From: an uncultured virus (IMG/VR IMGVR_UViG_2061766007_000234)
Taxonomy: Duplodnaviria > Heunggongvirae > Uroviricota > Caudoviricetes
IMG/VR virus record: IMGVR_UViG_2061766007_000234
DNA length: 54,482 nt
Strand: one strand, 5' to 3'
The notes under the pieces are model-generated. The model was given only the letters and a program-made list of their open reading frames with translations. It made no database searches and was not told the origin of the DNA. Shown here piece after piece: positions 9,773 through 19,792 of the stretch; position 1 is the first letter of the stretch, and every line of letters starts with the position of its first letter. Made by a program: the position numbers and the translations under genes.

Positions 9773-10504
9773 ATGAATCTTTACGGAAATCCACCCCGCG
9801 CAATCGCGGGTCAGAAATACGGCTTGCAGGATGTTGTCGAAAGCCATGTAGCTTCTGAAAACATCGAGCCGGGAAAAGCTGTTTTCGGCAAAGTCGGTGA
9901 CGACAGCGTTTTCAATGCGCATAAGAATGTCGTTACCCTCGTAGGCTCTGCCGACTGTGTCGCAAGCAACAGCCTTGCAGTGACAGTCAACGGCGTAGAG
10001 CTTGAAGCTGTGGCATTCGACACCGACATGGACACAACACTTGCGGCTGTCGTTGAAGCAATCAACGGAAACGAAACACTTTCCGCTGCCGGAATCGTAG
10101 CAAGCACAGTGGCCGGTTCAAAGTCTGTAATCGTTACAGGTGATTCGGACGTTACGGCTTCAATCGTCGTTAAAGGCGGCGCTTCACAGCCGACTTTCAC
10201 CGCAACAGCCACAACAGGCATGAAGTTTGCAGGTGTCGCCGTTCATGAAGAGCTCTGCTTCAAAGAGGGCGTAGGCTTCTACCCTGAAGGAATCCCTGTA
10301 AACGTAATGACGCACGGAAAAATCTATGCGCCTGTTGCAGAGAGTGCTTCACCGGCAGACAAGAAAGCTGCCTATGTCGTTCTTTCGGGCGACGATGCGG
10401 GCAAGTTTACAGACGATTCGTCTGGAACTTATGACTGCGGCTGTGTTTTCCGCTCTGACGAACAGGACGGACTCGCACTCGTAGAAGTGAACGGACTGAA
10501 ATAA
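9773..10504 (+). CDS. Head decoration/cement protein with an inserted domain
   Basis: Lies between protease and major capsid; 'FAGVAV', 'VNVMTHGKIY'. Confidence 0.7.
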   Translation: MNLYGNPPRAIAGQKYGLQDVVESHVASENIEPGKAVFGKVGDDSVFNAHKNVVTLVGSADCVASNSLAVTVNGVELEAVAFDTDMDTTLAAVVEAINGNETLSAAGIVASTVAGSKSVIVTGDSDVTASIVVKGGASQPTFTATATTGMKFAGVAVHEELCFKEGVGFYPEGIPVNVMTHGKIYAPVAESASPADKKAAYVVLSGDDAGKFTDDSSGTYDCGCVFRSDEQDGLALVEVNGLK

Positions 10505-10518
10505 CAGGAGAACATAAA

Positions 10519-11438
10519 ATGCCAGGATTAACATCAAGACTGGATTCAAAAGAATCCGCTTTTTTCCAGCGTGAGTGCGAGTATGTAAAGACCCGCACTT
10601 ATGACGCAAAACCGCCGCTTCTTAAAGGCTTGACGCTCATTCCGCAGGCTTCGGGCATTCCTTTGGGAACAAGCGAAATCACCTACCGCCGCTACACAGA
10701 GGCTGGGNNNNNNNNNNNNNNNNNNNNNNNAAGGATTTCCCCCGCGCTGACGTTTACGGCGAAGAGCAGACCGTAAAGGTTTTTGACATCGGTGCAAGCT
10801 ACGGCTACAACATCAAGGAAATCCGCGAAAGCGCTCTTACAGGCAAACGCCTTGACCAGAGACGCGCAACAGCTGCCCGCAATGCCATCGAGCGCAAGCT
10901 TAATGACATGACCCTTGTTTCAAACAAGGAAGCCGGTACTTACGGTATCCTCGATTTTCCGGGGCTTACAGAAAGCACACTCCCTGCTGACGGCGAAGGA
11001 GGCTCTAAGCAGTGGGCAAAGAAAGATGCGGACAAGATTATCCGTGACATCAACATCATTCTCAGTTCAGTAATTGAGCCGACAAAGGGTGTTGAAGTTC
11101 CTAACAGCCTTCTTCTGCCTCTCAATGTGTACACAGCATTGCAGTCGCGCAGACTGGGTACAACAGAATCTTCGCTTCTCAAGTACATCAAGGACAACTT
11201 CCCGATGTTCACGAGAATTGACTGGCTCAATGAGCTCGGTGCAATCGGTGCTGGCGGCACTGGCCGCATCATGGTCGGCTGCTTCGATGAAGAACACTGC
11301 GAAAACCAGATCGTAAATCAGTTTGAGCAGGGCGACGTTGAGCAGGAAGGTATGGAGTACAAGATTCCTTGTATGGCTTCAACTGCCGGAGTAATCGTTT
11401 ATTATCCGGGAGCTTTCGCTTACGCGGACGGAATCTAA
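10519..11438 (+). CDS. Major capsid protein (DUF2184/encapsulin-like HK97 fold), interrupted by the N gap at 10708-10730
   Basis: 'SAFFQRECEYVKTRTYD', 'GASYGYNIKEI', C-terminal 'AGVIVYYPGAFAYADGI'. Confidence 0.85.
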
Positions 11439-11449
11439 GGAGACGGCGG

Positions 11450-12133
11450 ATGTTTGTTAGATACAATCCGAAGCACCCGCACGTCAAAGTAGTGCCTGTT
11501 GTGGACGGCCTTTCCGTTGCTGCGGAAAGCGTCATCCTCAACCCGGGTACGAACGAAGTGAGCGATGAAAAGTGGAACAAAATCAAGGGCAGCCTTGAAG
11601 CTGAAATTTCTGCAGGAATCATCAAGCCGTTTACTGTCGGAACGCAGAAATCCGGCGGGGCGGCAAAAGCCAAGACTTTGAAAGACGTCCCTGTTACTGT
11701 CGCAACCAAGATTATCTCCGGCTGCTCAAACAAAGACACTCTCCGTACCTGGTTCAAGGAAAGTCTTCCAGATGAGCTTGCACTTCATGTCGTTAAGCGC
11801 ATGAGAGAGCTCAATATGGACATTGACGCAATCAGCGGCGAAGTTGAAGGTCTTTCTGATGATGAAATCATCGACGAGAGCAAGCCGGAAGCCGGAAGCG
11901 GCGATGCCGGTGCTGAAAAAGGCGCAAAAGAACCTGAAAAGGATTCCGGCTACGACGGCATGAGCTACGCGGAGCTTCAGAACGCTGCCAAAGAAAAGGG
12001 AATCAACCCGTCGCAGAAGAAAGAAGCCCTTATCAAAGCTCTCAAAGATGCTGACAACGATGCCGGTGCTGAATCAGAAGCCGGTAGCGGCGACAGTATC
12101 CCTGATTTCGACAACCCTGACGTGAAGGTGTAA
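11450..12133 (+). CDS. Post-capsid protein with a Rho-N/HeH-like motif
   Basis: AGGAG RBS; 'MSYAELQNAAKEKGI...KKEALIKAL'. Confidence 0.6.
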   Translation: MFVRYNPKHPHVKVVPVVDGLSVAAESVILNPGTNEVSDEKWNKIKGSLEAEISAGIIKPFTVGTQKSGGAAKAKTLKDVPVTVATKIISGCSNKDTLRTWFKESLPDELALHVVKRMRELNMDIDAISGEVEGLSDDEIIDESKPEAGSGDAGAEKGAKEPEKDSGYDGMSYAELQNAAKEKGINPSQKKEALIKALKDADNDAGAESEAGSGDSIPDFDNPDVKV

Positions 12134-12136
12134 CCA

Positions 12137-12514
12137 ATGACAGCCCGCGAGATTATCGGAGCTATTTGTCCGGCGCTTGCCCAGAATGATTCCCTTTCGG
12201 TCTTCGTCAAAATGGCGGAGGAAAACACCGACAGGAAGTTTTTCGGCAAGCAGTATGCTTATGCGGTTGCATACCGTGCGTGCCATCTGTTCACCATAAC
12301 AGCCGGTTCGGGCGGAAACTCTGCAATGGGCTTGGGGCAAGTCGCGTCGATGACCGAGGGCGGGCTTTCAATCAGCTTTGCAACAGGTAACTCTGCTTCA
12401 GACGCTGACGGCGGTCTGGAAACATCAAAATACGGCAAGATGCTGTTGGGGCTTATAAAGAGCCGTCCGAGAATGGGCGTCAATACAGCAGGTCTTGCGG
12501 GAGGAACTATATGA
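12137..12514 (+). CDS. Head-tail adaptor (DUF4054-like)
   Basis: 'AYRACHL', 'EGGLSISF', 'TSKYGK'; synteny. Confidence 0.75.
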   Translation: MTAREIIGAICPALAQNDSLSVFVKMAEENTDRKFFGKQYAYAVAYRACHLFTITAGSGGNSAMGLGQVASMTEGGLSISFATGNSASDADGGLETSKYGKMLLGLIKSRPRMGVNTAGLAGGTI

Positions 12515-12729
12515 AAAACTATGCGCCATTCCGCGCCTCAATCAGTTTCTGGCTCTGGATCGGAGTAATCTTGCTGAGCTTCATGCTCGCGGTGCTCGCC
12601 ATTGCCACAACGGTTCCAAGACCTATTCTGGTCATTGTGGATCTTGTGATTTTTGTTGCTGCTATTGCTGTGCCGGTAATCAATCCCGGCGTGTTTGCAA
12701 AGCAGCATACAACAGAAACCGGAAACTAG
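12511..12729 (+). CDS. Small two-TM membrane protein
   Basis: Two hydrophobic helices; GGAGG RBS; ATGA overlap. Confidence 0.6.
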   Translation: MKNYAPFRASISFWLWIGVILLSFMLAVLAIATTVPRPILVIVDLVIFVAAIAVPVINPGVFAKQHTTETGN

Positions 12730-12800
12730 ATTTATTTGACGGTGCAGCCGGAATTCCGGCTGCATTTTACATGTAAAGCTGTCAAGAACAGGAGTGTAAC

Positions 12801-12983
12801 ATGAAAACTTTCGTACAATACAGAACAAAGAAAATAGCCACGCAGTTTGTTGCCGGTGTGTTAATCAAAAGCGGCAGCGGAGAAGTTCCAAAGCAGGACT
12901 GGAACAAGATTGAAAAGGACGCCTACGGCAAGTCTCTTTTGGAAGCCGGTTTTCTGATTAAGGTCAAGGAAATCAAAAGATAA
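12801..12983 (+). CDS. Small hypothetical virion-module protein
   Basis: AGGAG RBS; operon context. Confidence 0.6.
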   Translation: MKTFVQYRTKKIATQFVAGVLIKSGSGEVPKQDWNKIEKDAYGKSLLEAGFLIKVKEIKR

Positions 12984-12986
12984 AAT

Positions 12987-13526
12987 ATGGCTAAAAAAGG
13001 CGTTACCGACAGGGACAAGGGCTTCAAAAAAATCGTCAAGTCCATGAAAGACCTTGGCTTGAAAGGCGTGAACGCCGGGATTCCAGAAGGTGCACCTTCT
13101 GACAAAGGTGTTTCCGTAGCTCAATACGGCTACTGGAACGAAACCGGTGTCAAAGCCAAGGGTTCCGGCTGGAAAATTCCGCCGAGACCTTTCATGCGCG
13201 GCTGGGTTGATTCGCACAAAGAAGAAATCAAGTCATTCATGCAGTCCCTGGCACAGAGAATCGCCGACGGAAAAACCGACAGCGACACTGCCCTTAAACT
13301 TTTGGGAAATTATGCTGAATCCGGAATAAGGGAGCACATAAAGAGCGGCAGTTTTACGCCGAACGCACCAATCACAATACAAGGCGGCTGGATGCGGGAC
13401 AAAGACAGCGGTAAGGCTTTCAAAGTAAAAGGCAAGGGAAGCTCACAGCCGCTGATAGATGAAGGCACTTTGAGAGATTCTATCAGATACGAAATTGTGA
13501 AGAAAAAGAAGAACAAGAAGGGTTGA
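12987..13526 (+). CDS. Neck/tail-completion protein
   Basis: 'IPPRPFMR', 'PNAPITI', 'KGSSQPLIDEGTLRDSI'. Confidence 0.7.
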   Translation: MAKKGVTDRDKGFKKIVKSMKDLGLKGVNAGIPEGAPSDKGVSVAQYGYWNETGVKAKGSGWKIPPRPFMRGWVDSHKEEIKSFMQSLAQRIADGKTDSDTALKLLGNYAESGIREHIKSGSFTPNAPITIQGGWMRDKDSGKAFKVKGKGSSQPLIDEGTLRDSIRYEIVKKKKNKKG

Positions 13527-13527
13527 A

Positions 13528-13890
13528 ATGAGTTTGTTCAAAACAGTTCCCATGACGTTGATACATAAGACCAGTGGAGGTTATGTTAAGGGCATCTGGC
13601 AGAATGGCTCTGAAACTGAAATAAGTTTCAGCGGAACATTTCAACCTGCTTCTGGCAAGGAGCTTGAAAATCTGCCGGAAGGAAAAAGAAGCCATTCGAT
13701 TTATAAAATTTTTGCCGGACTGGAAAACGATTTCACAAGCTCGGACGACTTGAAACAGCTCGAAGCTGACTGCATCAGTCTGAACGGAGAAGTTTACCAG
13801 ATAATCAAAGTTGACAAATGGGATAACGGGCTGCTGCCGCATTGGGAATTTTTAGTGGAACGGTTCGCTGCAGAGGAATCAGATGGTTAG
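13528..13890 (+). CDS. Head-closure/head-tail joining protein
   Basis: 'GGYVKGIW', 'QPASGKELENLPEG'; synteny. Confidence 0.65.
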   Translation: MSLFKTVPMTLIHKTSGGYVKGIWQNGSETEISFSGTFQPASGKELENLPEGKRSHSIYKIFAGLENDFTSSDDLKQLEADCISLNGEVYQIIKVDKWDNGLLPHWEFLVERFAAEESDG

Positions 13891-14401
13891 GGAAAAAGAT
13901 TATTTACGGAACAACCTCTATGATCTGTTTTCGCAGCTCATAGGAGACCGTTCTGAAAACGAACCGAAAGGCTACCCTCTTATATATGAGCGGCAGAACG
14001 GAACAAGACCGAAAGGAACGTTCTTTTCGCTTGAATTTAAGGACGTAATTCAGCTCGGTTCGCCTAAGTTTTCATACGCAATCTGGAACAGCAATCTGAA
14101 CGATTACGAACAGACAAGTGTGGTTCAGATTAGAAGAAATATGAGCCTGCGCGGATTTACTGATACAGGCGCACGTATGGTTGAAGATTTTCAGCACAGT
14201 CTGAAACTTGATAAATATGTTGACGCTTTCAAGAAACGCGGCTTTGTAATCAACGTCGGCGACATTCTTGAATCCGTTCAGAATATAGACGCCAACACTG
14301 AAATTTTTTCGGTCTTGGATTTTGATATAACTTACACACGAAGATATACAGAATCGATAGGTTGGATTGAAACAGTGGATATACAGCATCAAATAATATA
14401 A
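13883..14401 (+). CDS. Tail terminator/neck protein
   Basis: Position just before the sheath gene; size. Confidence 0.55.
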   Translation: MVREKDYLRNNLYDLFSQLIGDRSENEPKGYPLIYERQNGTRPKGTFFSLEFKDVIQLGSPKFSYAIWNSNLNDYEQTSVVQIRRNMSLRGFTDTGARMVEDFQHSLKLDKYVDAFKKRGFVINVGDILESVQNIDANTEIFSVLDFDITYTRRYTESIGWIETVDIQHQII

Positions 14402-14413
14402 AGGAGAACGAAG

Positions 14414-15790
14414 ATGGCTGACCAATTGGAAAAAATTGTTGACGTTACTATCACGCGTCAGACGACTGTCCCAAGCATGAAGTCCTTTAACGGGCATCTG
14501 ATTGTGGACTCTTTCAATCCAATGAAAATTACACCGGTTTTCAGCAAGAATCACCGTGTCTATATTTTCGGCGGTATCAGTGAAGTACAGGAAGCCGGAT
14601 TCCCGACAGACGGATATGTTTACAGGGCTGCACAGAAGCAGTTCGCACAGAATCCGCACATCAAGGAAATCTACATCGGCTGGAAGATTCCGTCAGGCCT
14701 TGCCGACGGCAAGGGAACTTTTGCGGGTGATTTTGTTACCGGCAACAAGTTCGTTATGACAGTAGGCGAAACCGTACAGGATGAAATCGCTTTTGACGAT
14801 TACGACACAAAAGAAGCCGTGATTGCTGCACTTGTTGCACAGATTAATGATACTGCAGAAGGTTCTTTTGCACGCGCCAAAGAAGACGGCTTCAGCGTTG
14901 AAGGTATGGATGTCATTATCACAATGACGATAACGGGCGGTACTTCGCAGCCAAGTTTCACATACTCGCACACGGCAATCGAACCAGATGCGGGCTGGGC
15001 AGAAGCCTTGACCGCAATCAAGGCACAGAACAACGACTGGTATGCGCTCAGCGTTTCAACAAGAAACATGATGAACCAGCAGACTGTCGCGCAGTGGGTA
15101 GAAGCAAACGAAAAGCTCTGTATTCTTGCATCCGGCGACGACACGCTCGTGGAAGAAGAAACAGGCGACATCGCTGCATGGGCAAAGCTCAACGCACTTG
15201 ACCGCACCGCTGTTTTCTATCATCCGGGCTCAAAACTGCGCAGCGCGGACGACGACAACCTTCCTGCAGATGACAATATTCCTGAAGCAGGATATTTCGG
15301 CAAGATGCTCACGAAGCACCCGGGATCTGCAACATGGAAGTTCAAGACATTGCAGTCAATTATGGCTTACGAACTGCCGCAGTGGAAGGTTACGAACATC
15401 GAAAAGAAGAACGCGACATGGTACATGCCTGTTGCTGACGTAAACATGACATCTGACGGCAAGGTTGCAAGCGGCGAATACATCGACGTTATTCATGGTT
15501 TGGACTGGATGAAAGCGCTCATTCAGAACTACGTATTCACACCGATGATTCAGCTCGACAAGATTCCGTTCACCGACGAAGGTGTACAGGTTATCGTAGG
15601 CCAGCTCAAGAAAGCGCTTGACCAGGGCGTCAAGTATTCTCTCTTCGCTTCTTACGAAGTCAGCTACCCGGAAGTTGCCGACGTTCCTGCATTGGACAAG
15701 GGCAACAGACATCTGCCGGACGTAAACTTTACAGCCGTTCTTGCCGGTGCCGTTCACAGAACGACAATAAATGGAACTGTAACACTTTAA
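14414..15790 (+). CDS. Tail sheath protein (DUF3383)
   Basis: 'PGSATWKFKTL', 'GEYIDVIHGLDW', 'KIPFTDEG', 'LAGAVH'. Confidence 0.85.
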   Translation: MADQLEKIVDVTITRQTTVPSMKSFNGHLIVDSFNPMKITPVFSKNHRVYIFGGISEVQEAGFPTDGYVYRAAQKQFAQNPHIKEIYIGWKIPSGLADGKGTFAGDFVTGNKFVMTVGETVQDEIAFDDYDTKEAVIAALVAQINDTAEGSFARAKEDGFSVEGMDVIITMTITGGTSQPSFTYSHTAIEPDAGWAEALTAIKAQNNDWYALSVSTRNMMNQQTVAQWVEANEKLCILASGDDTLVEEETGDIAAWAKLNALDRTAVFYHPGSKLRSADDDNLPADDNIPEAGYFGKMLTKHPGSATWKFKTLQSIMAYELPQWKVTNIEKKNATWYMPVADVNMTSDGKVASGEYIDVIHGLDWMKALIQNYVFTPMIQLDKIPFTDEGVQVIVGQLKKALDQGVKYSLFASYEVSYPEVADVPALDKGNRHLPDVNFTAVLAGAVHRTTINGTVTL

Positions 15791-15801
15791 GGAGGTAGAC
15801 G

Positions 15802-16245
15802 ATGGCTGGAAATACACTCGTAGCAACCTATGACCCGAAGAAAGTCATTATAACATACGGCGGAATCCCGATCGGCGGCTATGCCGACGGAACTTTCGTC
15901 GAAATCGCACCGAACGCAGAGACTTGGACAAAGAAAGTCGGCGCAGACGGAGAAGTTGTTAGGTCGGAGAGCAATGACAACACACATACGGTAACGCTCA
16001 CTTTGCAGCAGAGTTCTGAAAGTAACAAATATCTTTCAAACTGCAAGAACATGGACAAGCTGACAGGTCAGGGAATGCAGTCGCTTTCAATTACTGACCT
16101 CAACGGCGAGACACTGTTCTTCTGGCAGCAGGCATGGATTCTGACAGACCCGACGTTCGGCTTTGCCAAAGAAGCCACAGACCGGCAGTGGGTTCTGCAC
16201 ACAGGGCAGATTTCACAGCAGGCTGAATCAGGCTTGAATTTTTAA
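15802..16245 (+). CDS. Tail tube protein (DUF3277-like)
   Basis: 'TYDPKKV', 'VGADGEV', 'TLTLQQSS'; follows the sheath. Confidence 0.8.
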   Translation: MAGNTLVATYDPKKVIITYGGIPIGGYADGTFVEIAPNAETWTKKVGADGEVVRSESNDNTHTVTLTLQQSSESNKYLSNCKNMDKLTGQGMQSLSITDLNGETLFFWQQAWILTDPTFGFAKEATDRQWVLHTGQISQQAESGLNF

Positions 16246-16325
16246 ACCCAGCTGAAGCAGACGGCCGCCGTAAGGCGGCTGGGCTGCTGTTTTTTGAATA
16301 AACAAATAGTTTAGGAGTATAAAGC

Positions 16326-16826
16326 ATGGAAAACAAGAAAACCATTGACGGAATTACTTTTACTGTCGGGGCTATGTTGGCGATGGACGCTTTTAAGCTG
16401 AAAAGCAGGCTTATCAAAATCTTTGCTCCCGCAGTCGGAAAGATTTTTACATCTTTTGATTTGAAGAAGGACTTCAAAGACCTTGATTTGTCAAAGCTGC
16501 CGTTGGCTGAAATTATTCAGGAACTGACAAGCGAGCTTGACGAAAACACTATGGATGAACTGCTTCGCAAGCTGCTTTACAACGTTACCGCAGTAACAGA
16601 AATCGGCGGCAAAAGAATCGCCGTAGCTTTTTCTTCTGATTTTGAGACTAGCTTCAATGCCGTTTTCGGCCAGAAACTTTTTACCGTATATCCGCTTCTT
16701 GCATTCGTTCTTGAGGTGAACTATCCGGATTTTTTTATCAAAATCAAAAGCTTTGGACAGAAAATGAAGCCAACCGTTACATTAGGGCTGGACGACGCGC
16801 CATCGCAGAGCGAAGCAAGCGCATAG
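16326..16826 (+). CDS. Tail assembly chaperone (gpG-like)
   Basis: Between tube and tape measure; contains a slippery T7 run. Confidence 0.75.
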   Translation: MENKKTIDGITFTVGAMLAMDAFKLKSRLIKIFAPAVGKIFTSFDLKKDFKDLDLSKLPLAEIIQELTSELDENTMDELLRKLLYNVTAVTEIGGKRIAVAFSSDFETSFNAVFGQKLFTVYPLLAFVLEVNYPDFFIKIKSFGQKMKPTVTLGLDDAPSQSEASA

Positions 16827-17026
16827 GCGATGTCGGAAAACTTTCAGAAGACATAGAAGCGGAATTCCCTATCTGGCGTCTTTGGAAAGACAAGGGAGTT
16901 TCGCTCGCAGAGCTTAAAACGTGGACTTATGAAGAAGTTCTAAAGGCAAACGCCGTGCTTGACATGCAGCAGAGCCTTGAACTGGCATGTTCAGAAATGG
17001 ACAAAGAAGATGTGAAAACAGACTGA
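16730..17026 (+). CDS. -1 frameshift extension of the tail chaperone (gpGT-like)
   Basis: T TTT TTT at 16730-16736; -1 frame is open to TGA 17024-17026 (…EFPIWRLWKDKGVSLAELKTWTYEEVLKANAVLDM…). Confidence 0.75.
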   Translation, partial: FFYQNQKLWTENEANRYIRAGRRAIAERSKRIGDVGKLSEDIEAEFPIWRLWKDKGVSLAELKTWTYEEVLKANAVLDMQQSLELACSEMDKEDVKTD

Positions 17027-17041
17027 TAACGGGCGGGAATA

Positions 17042-19117
17042 ATGACGATTCGTGAATTATTTGTATATTTAGGCTTCGATGTTGATACATCGGGCGCGGA
17101 AAAGATGGAGAAATCCGTTGAAAACGTAAAGAAGCGCCAAGAGTCTATGGTATCGTCTTTTATCAAAGGTCAGATGATTTACGATGCCGGAAAAAAAGTT
17201 ATCAGCGGCGCTTTTAATTTTGTCAAAGATTCCGTTATCGGCGCAACCGCAGAGGTTGAACGCTATCGTGTTACTCTTGGCACTATGATTGGTGACCAAG
17301 AAAAAGCTAACAAAATAATCCATGACTTAGATTATTCCCCTGTCTCAGATTTTTACGGCACGGCGAATGCAATCGGCGGGCTTCAATCATTAGTAACATA
17401 CGGAATAGGCGCGGAAGAAGCGTCTGACGCTTTGAGCCGCTTGGGTGACATTGCGCAGGGCGATTCAGAAGCCTTTAATTCCATGGCGCAAAACCTCGGC
17501 CAGATTTTTGCAACCGGAAAAGCCTCTGCAATGGACTTGAAGCAGTTTGCGAACAGAGGCTTTGATGTTGTCGGCGAGCTTGCAAGGATTGAGGGTAAAA
17601 GCCGCGAAGAGATAGAAAAAGCCGGCGTAGGCTACAAAGAAGTAAAGAAAGCGCTTGATTCGCTTACATCTGCTGGCGGCAAGTATGAAGGAATGCTTTC
17701 AAAGCAGATGAATACTCTGGGCGGTGTTCTTAAGCAGTTTGAATCTTTTAAGGCGGCCACAGCAGAAGGAATCGGCAATGCTATAAATGAACCGCTGAAA
17801 GATTTGCTCAAAACGATTCTTGACATAGCACGTGCCGGACAGGAAGCCTTTATAGATAAATTTGCGGGTGCTCTTAAAGTGGTTATCCACTGGATTCATC
17901 AGATTGTTATTTCGTTTGAGCTGATAAAGATGAGGCTTGACGAAAGCGGCAGCCAGTTCAACGGCCTTAAAGCAGTTGCAAAATCTGTGTTCAGTACTAT
18001 CGCAAAAGTCATTGACCGCTTGATACCGATTATAACAAATGTTATTTCAATCGTTATAAAGCTCGCTAATGATTTCGGTTCTGTTTTGGCACCAGTTTTG
18101 GGTATTATCGGAAATCATATATTTTATTTAATTTCCAAATTTGAAAATTTAGTATCATTTATAGACAAATTTCTACCACTTATAAGTGCTTTGACAGCAG
18201 GTTTTATTACATTGACGGCAGTTATAAAAGCGCAACAAATTGCTACAACGCTTATGACAACTGCTCAAAAACTTCTCAATGTAACTATGACCGCAAATCC
18301 TGTTGGCTTGATTATTGCCGGTGTTGTAGCATTAATAACACTGCTTGTTTCCTTGTATCACAATTGTGAGCCGTTCCGCAAGTTCGTTGACAACCTCTGG
18401 GAGGGCATCAAGGCTTTCTTTGCATGGTTTATAGATGGTGCAAAGAACACCATTGACAGCATCGTTAGTTTTTTCAAAGGTCTGATTGACACAATCAAGG
18501 CAATCTTTGAGGCAGTAAAAGAGTTTTTCTCCGCTTTCTGGGAAGCCCTAAAGGCTGCTCCAATTGCTTATGTCAATTTCATTGCGGGCATCTTCAACGC
18601 GATAGTAGACACAATCAAGACAATCTTTGAGGCGGTAAAGAACTTCTTTGTGTCTTTCTGGGAAGCATTAAAAGCCGGACCGCAAGCGCTGGCCGATTTC
18701 ATCACCGGAATCTTTACGAACATGTTTGACGGCATCCGTCAGAAACTTTTCGGCTTCATTGATTCAGTAAAGGAAGGCTGGGCAAAGGTAAAGGGCATCG
18801 TCGGCGGCGCATGGGATACAGCCGTCAATTTTGTTACCGGCGGCAAAGATAAAGGCAAAGGCTCTGCAAAAGACAAGGCTCTGACAAAATCAGTTGAAAC
18901 GGCTGTGGGCAACACGTCAACTTATTACGGCGCACAAAGCTCAAGCAATACCATAAACGCGCCAACAACTATGAATATTTCTGTTCCGCAGGGAACAAGC
19001 GCCGAACAGTCCCAGGCAATCGCCGAGCAGGTGAAATACGCATATAACAACCAGCTTGCGTATGCCATCAATTCTTCGCGCTCGAATATACCGAGCCCGG
19101 AAAGAAGGAGATACTGA
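17042..19117 (+). CDS. Tape measure protein
   Basis: 'IRELFVYLGF', tape-measure domain 'GQIFATGKASAMDLKQF', 'ANPVGLII', W/F-periodic repeats. Confidence 0.9.
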   Translation: MTIRELFVYLGFDVDTSGAEKMEKSVENVKKRQESMVSSFIKGQMIYDAGKKVISGAFNFVKDSVIGATAEVERYRVTLGTMIGDQEKANKIIHDLDYSPVSDFYGTANAIGGLQSLVTYGIGAEEASDALSRLGDIAQGDSEAFNSMAQNLGQIFATGKASAMDLKQFANRGFDVVGELARIEGKSREEIEKAGVGYKEVKKALDSLTSAGGKYEGMLSKQMNTLGGVLKQFESFKAATAEGIGNAINEPLKDLLKTILDIARAGQEAFIDKFAGALKVVIHWIHQIVISFELIKMRLDESGSQFNGLKAVAKSVFSTIAKVIDRLIPIITNVISIVIKLANDFGSVLAPVLGIIGNHIFYLISKFENLVSFIDKFLPLISALTAGFITLTAVIKAQQIATTLMTTAQKLLNVTMTANPVGLIIAGVVALITLLVSLYHNCEPFRKFVDNLWEGIKAFFAWFIDGAKNTIDSIVSFFKGLIDTIKAIFEAVKEFFSAFWEALKAAPIAYVNFIAGIFNAIVDTIKTIFEAVKNFFVSFWEALKAGPQALADFITGIFTNMFDGIRQKLFGFIDSVKEGWAKVKGIVGGAWDTAVNFVTGGKDKGKGSAKDKALTKSVETAVGNTSTYYGAQSSSNTINAPTTMNISVPQGTSAEQSQAIAEQVKYAYNNQLAYAINSSRSNIPSPERRRY

Positions 19118-19782
19118 TGGCGGTTATAACCTTTATCTACAACACTCCTCAAAAATCAATCGGCGGCTTCGTCATTGACGCATTCCTTAAAGAAAGCTAC
19201 TCGTTCAAGAACCAGGTCACCGACGTGCCGATTGAAGAAGGTTCTACAATCTCCGATCACGTAATCCCGGAACAGGACAAGATTTCGATTGAAGGATTCA
19301 TCGGACGGACTGAATTCGTTGTCATGAACATGAACGGCATGGACGAGAATCCTGAACTTGAGCCGTCTAACGAGAACAGAATTAAGCAGAACTACAGGGA
19401 GCTCAAAAGGCTTAAAGAATCACGCCAGCCTTTGACGCTTTCGCTCGGCCTTGACGTGTATAAAAACATGATAATCACTGACTTTGACATTGACAGGGAC
19501 GTTGAGAGCGGCAGGGATTTGCCTTTCACTATGTCTTTTACGCAGGTTAAGATTGTCAAGTCAGAGACCACCGCCATAAACGTAGAGACTGTATCGCCAA
19601 AGAATTCTCAGCAGACAAATGACCAGATAACCGAGCAGGTTAATCAGGGTGTCAACGCGCCGGAAAAGCCGAAAGATTCAATCGCAAAGCAGGAATGGAA
19701 AAGAAGAGTCGAGATGGAAGGTAATTCGCCGGAAATCTTGAAAGCGTATGAAAAGAAATGGGGCACGGCATATCCGCAGTAA
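19117..19782 (+). CDS. Baseplate/tube-initiator (Dit-like) protein
   Basis: 'VTDVPIEEGSTISDH'; synteny. Confidence 0.7.
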   Translation: MAVITFIYNTPQKSIGGFVIDAFLKESYSFKNQVTDVPIEEGSTISDHVIPEQDKISIEGFIGRTEFVVMNMNGMDENPELEPSNENRIKQNYRELKRLKESRQPLTLSLGLDVYKNMIITDFDIDRDVESGRDLPFTMSFTQVKIVKSETTAINVETVSPKNSQQTNDQITEQVNQGVNAPEKPKDSIAKQEWKRRVEMEGNSPEILKAYEKKWGTAYPQ

Positions 19783-19792
19783 AGGTTAAGCT

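Noticed and set aside
10519..11438. Split or frameshifted major capsid gene
   Set aside because: The frame change coincides with an N gap of estimated length
12743..12764. Perfect palindrome TGCAGCCGGAATTCCGGCTGCA
   Set aside because: Most simply an intergenic terminator or stability hairpin followed by TTTT; no evidence for more
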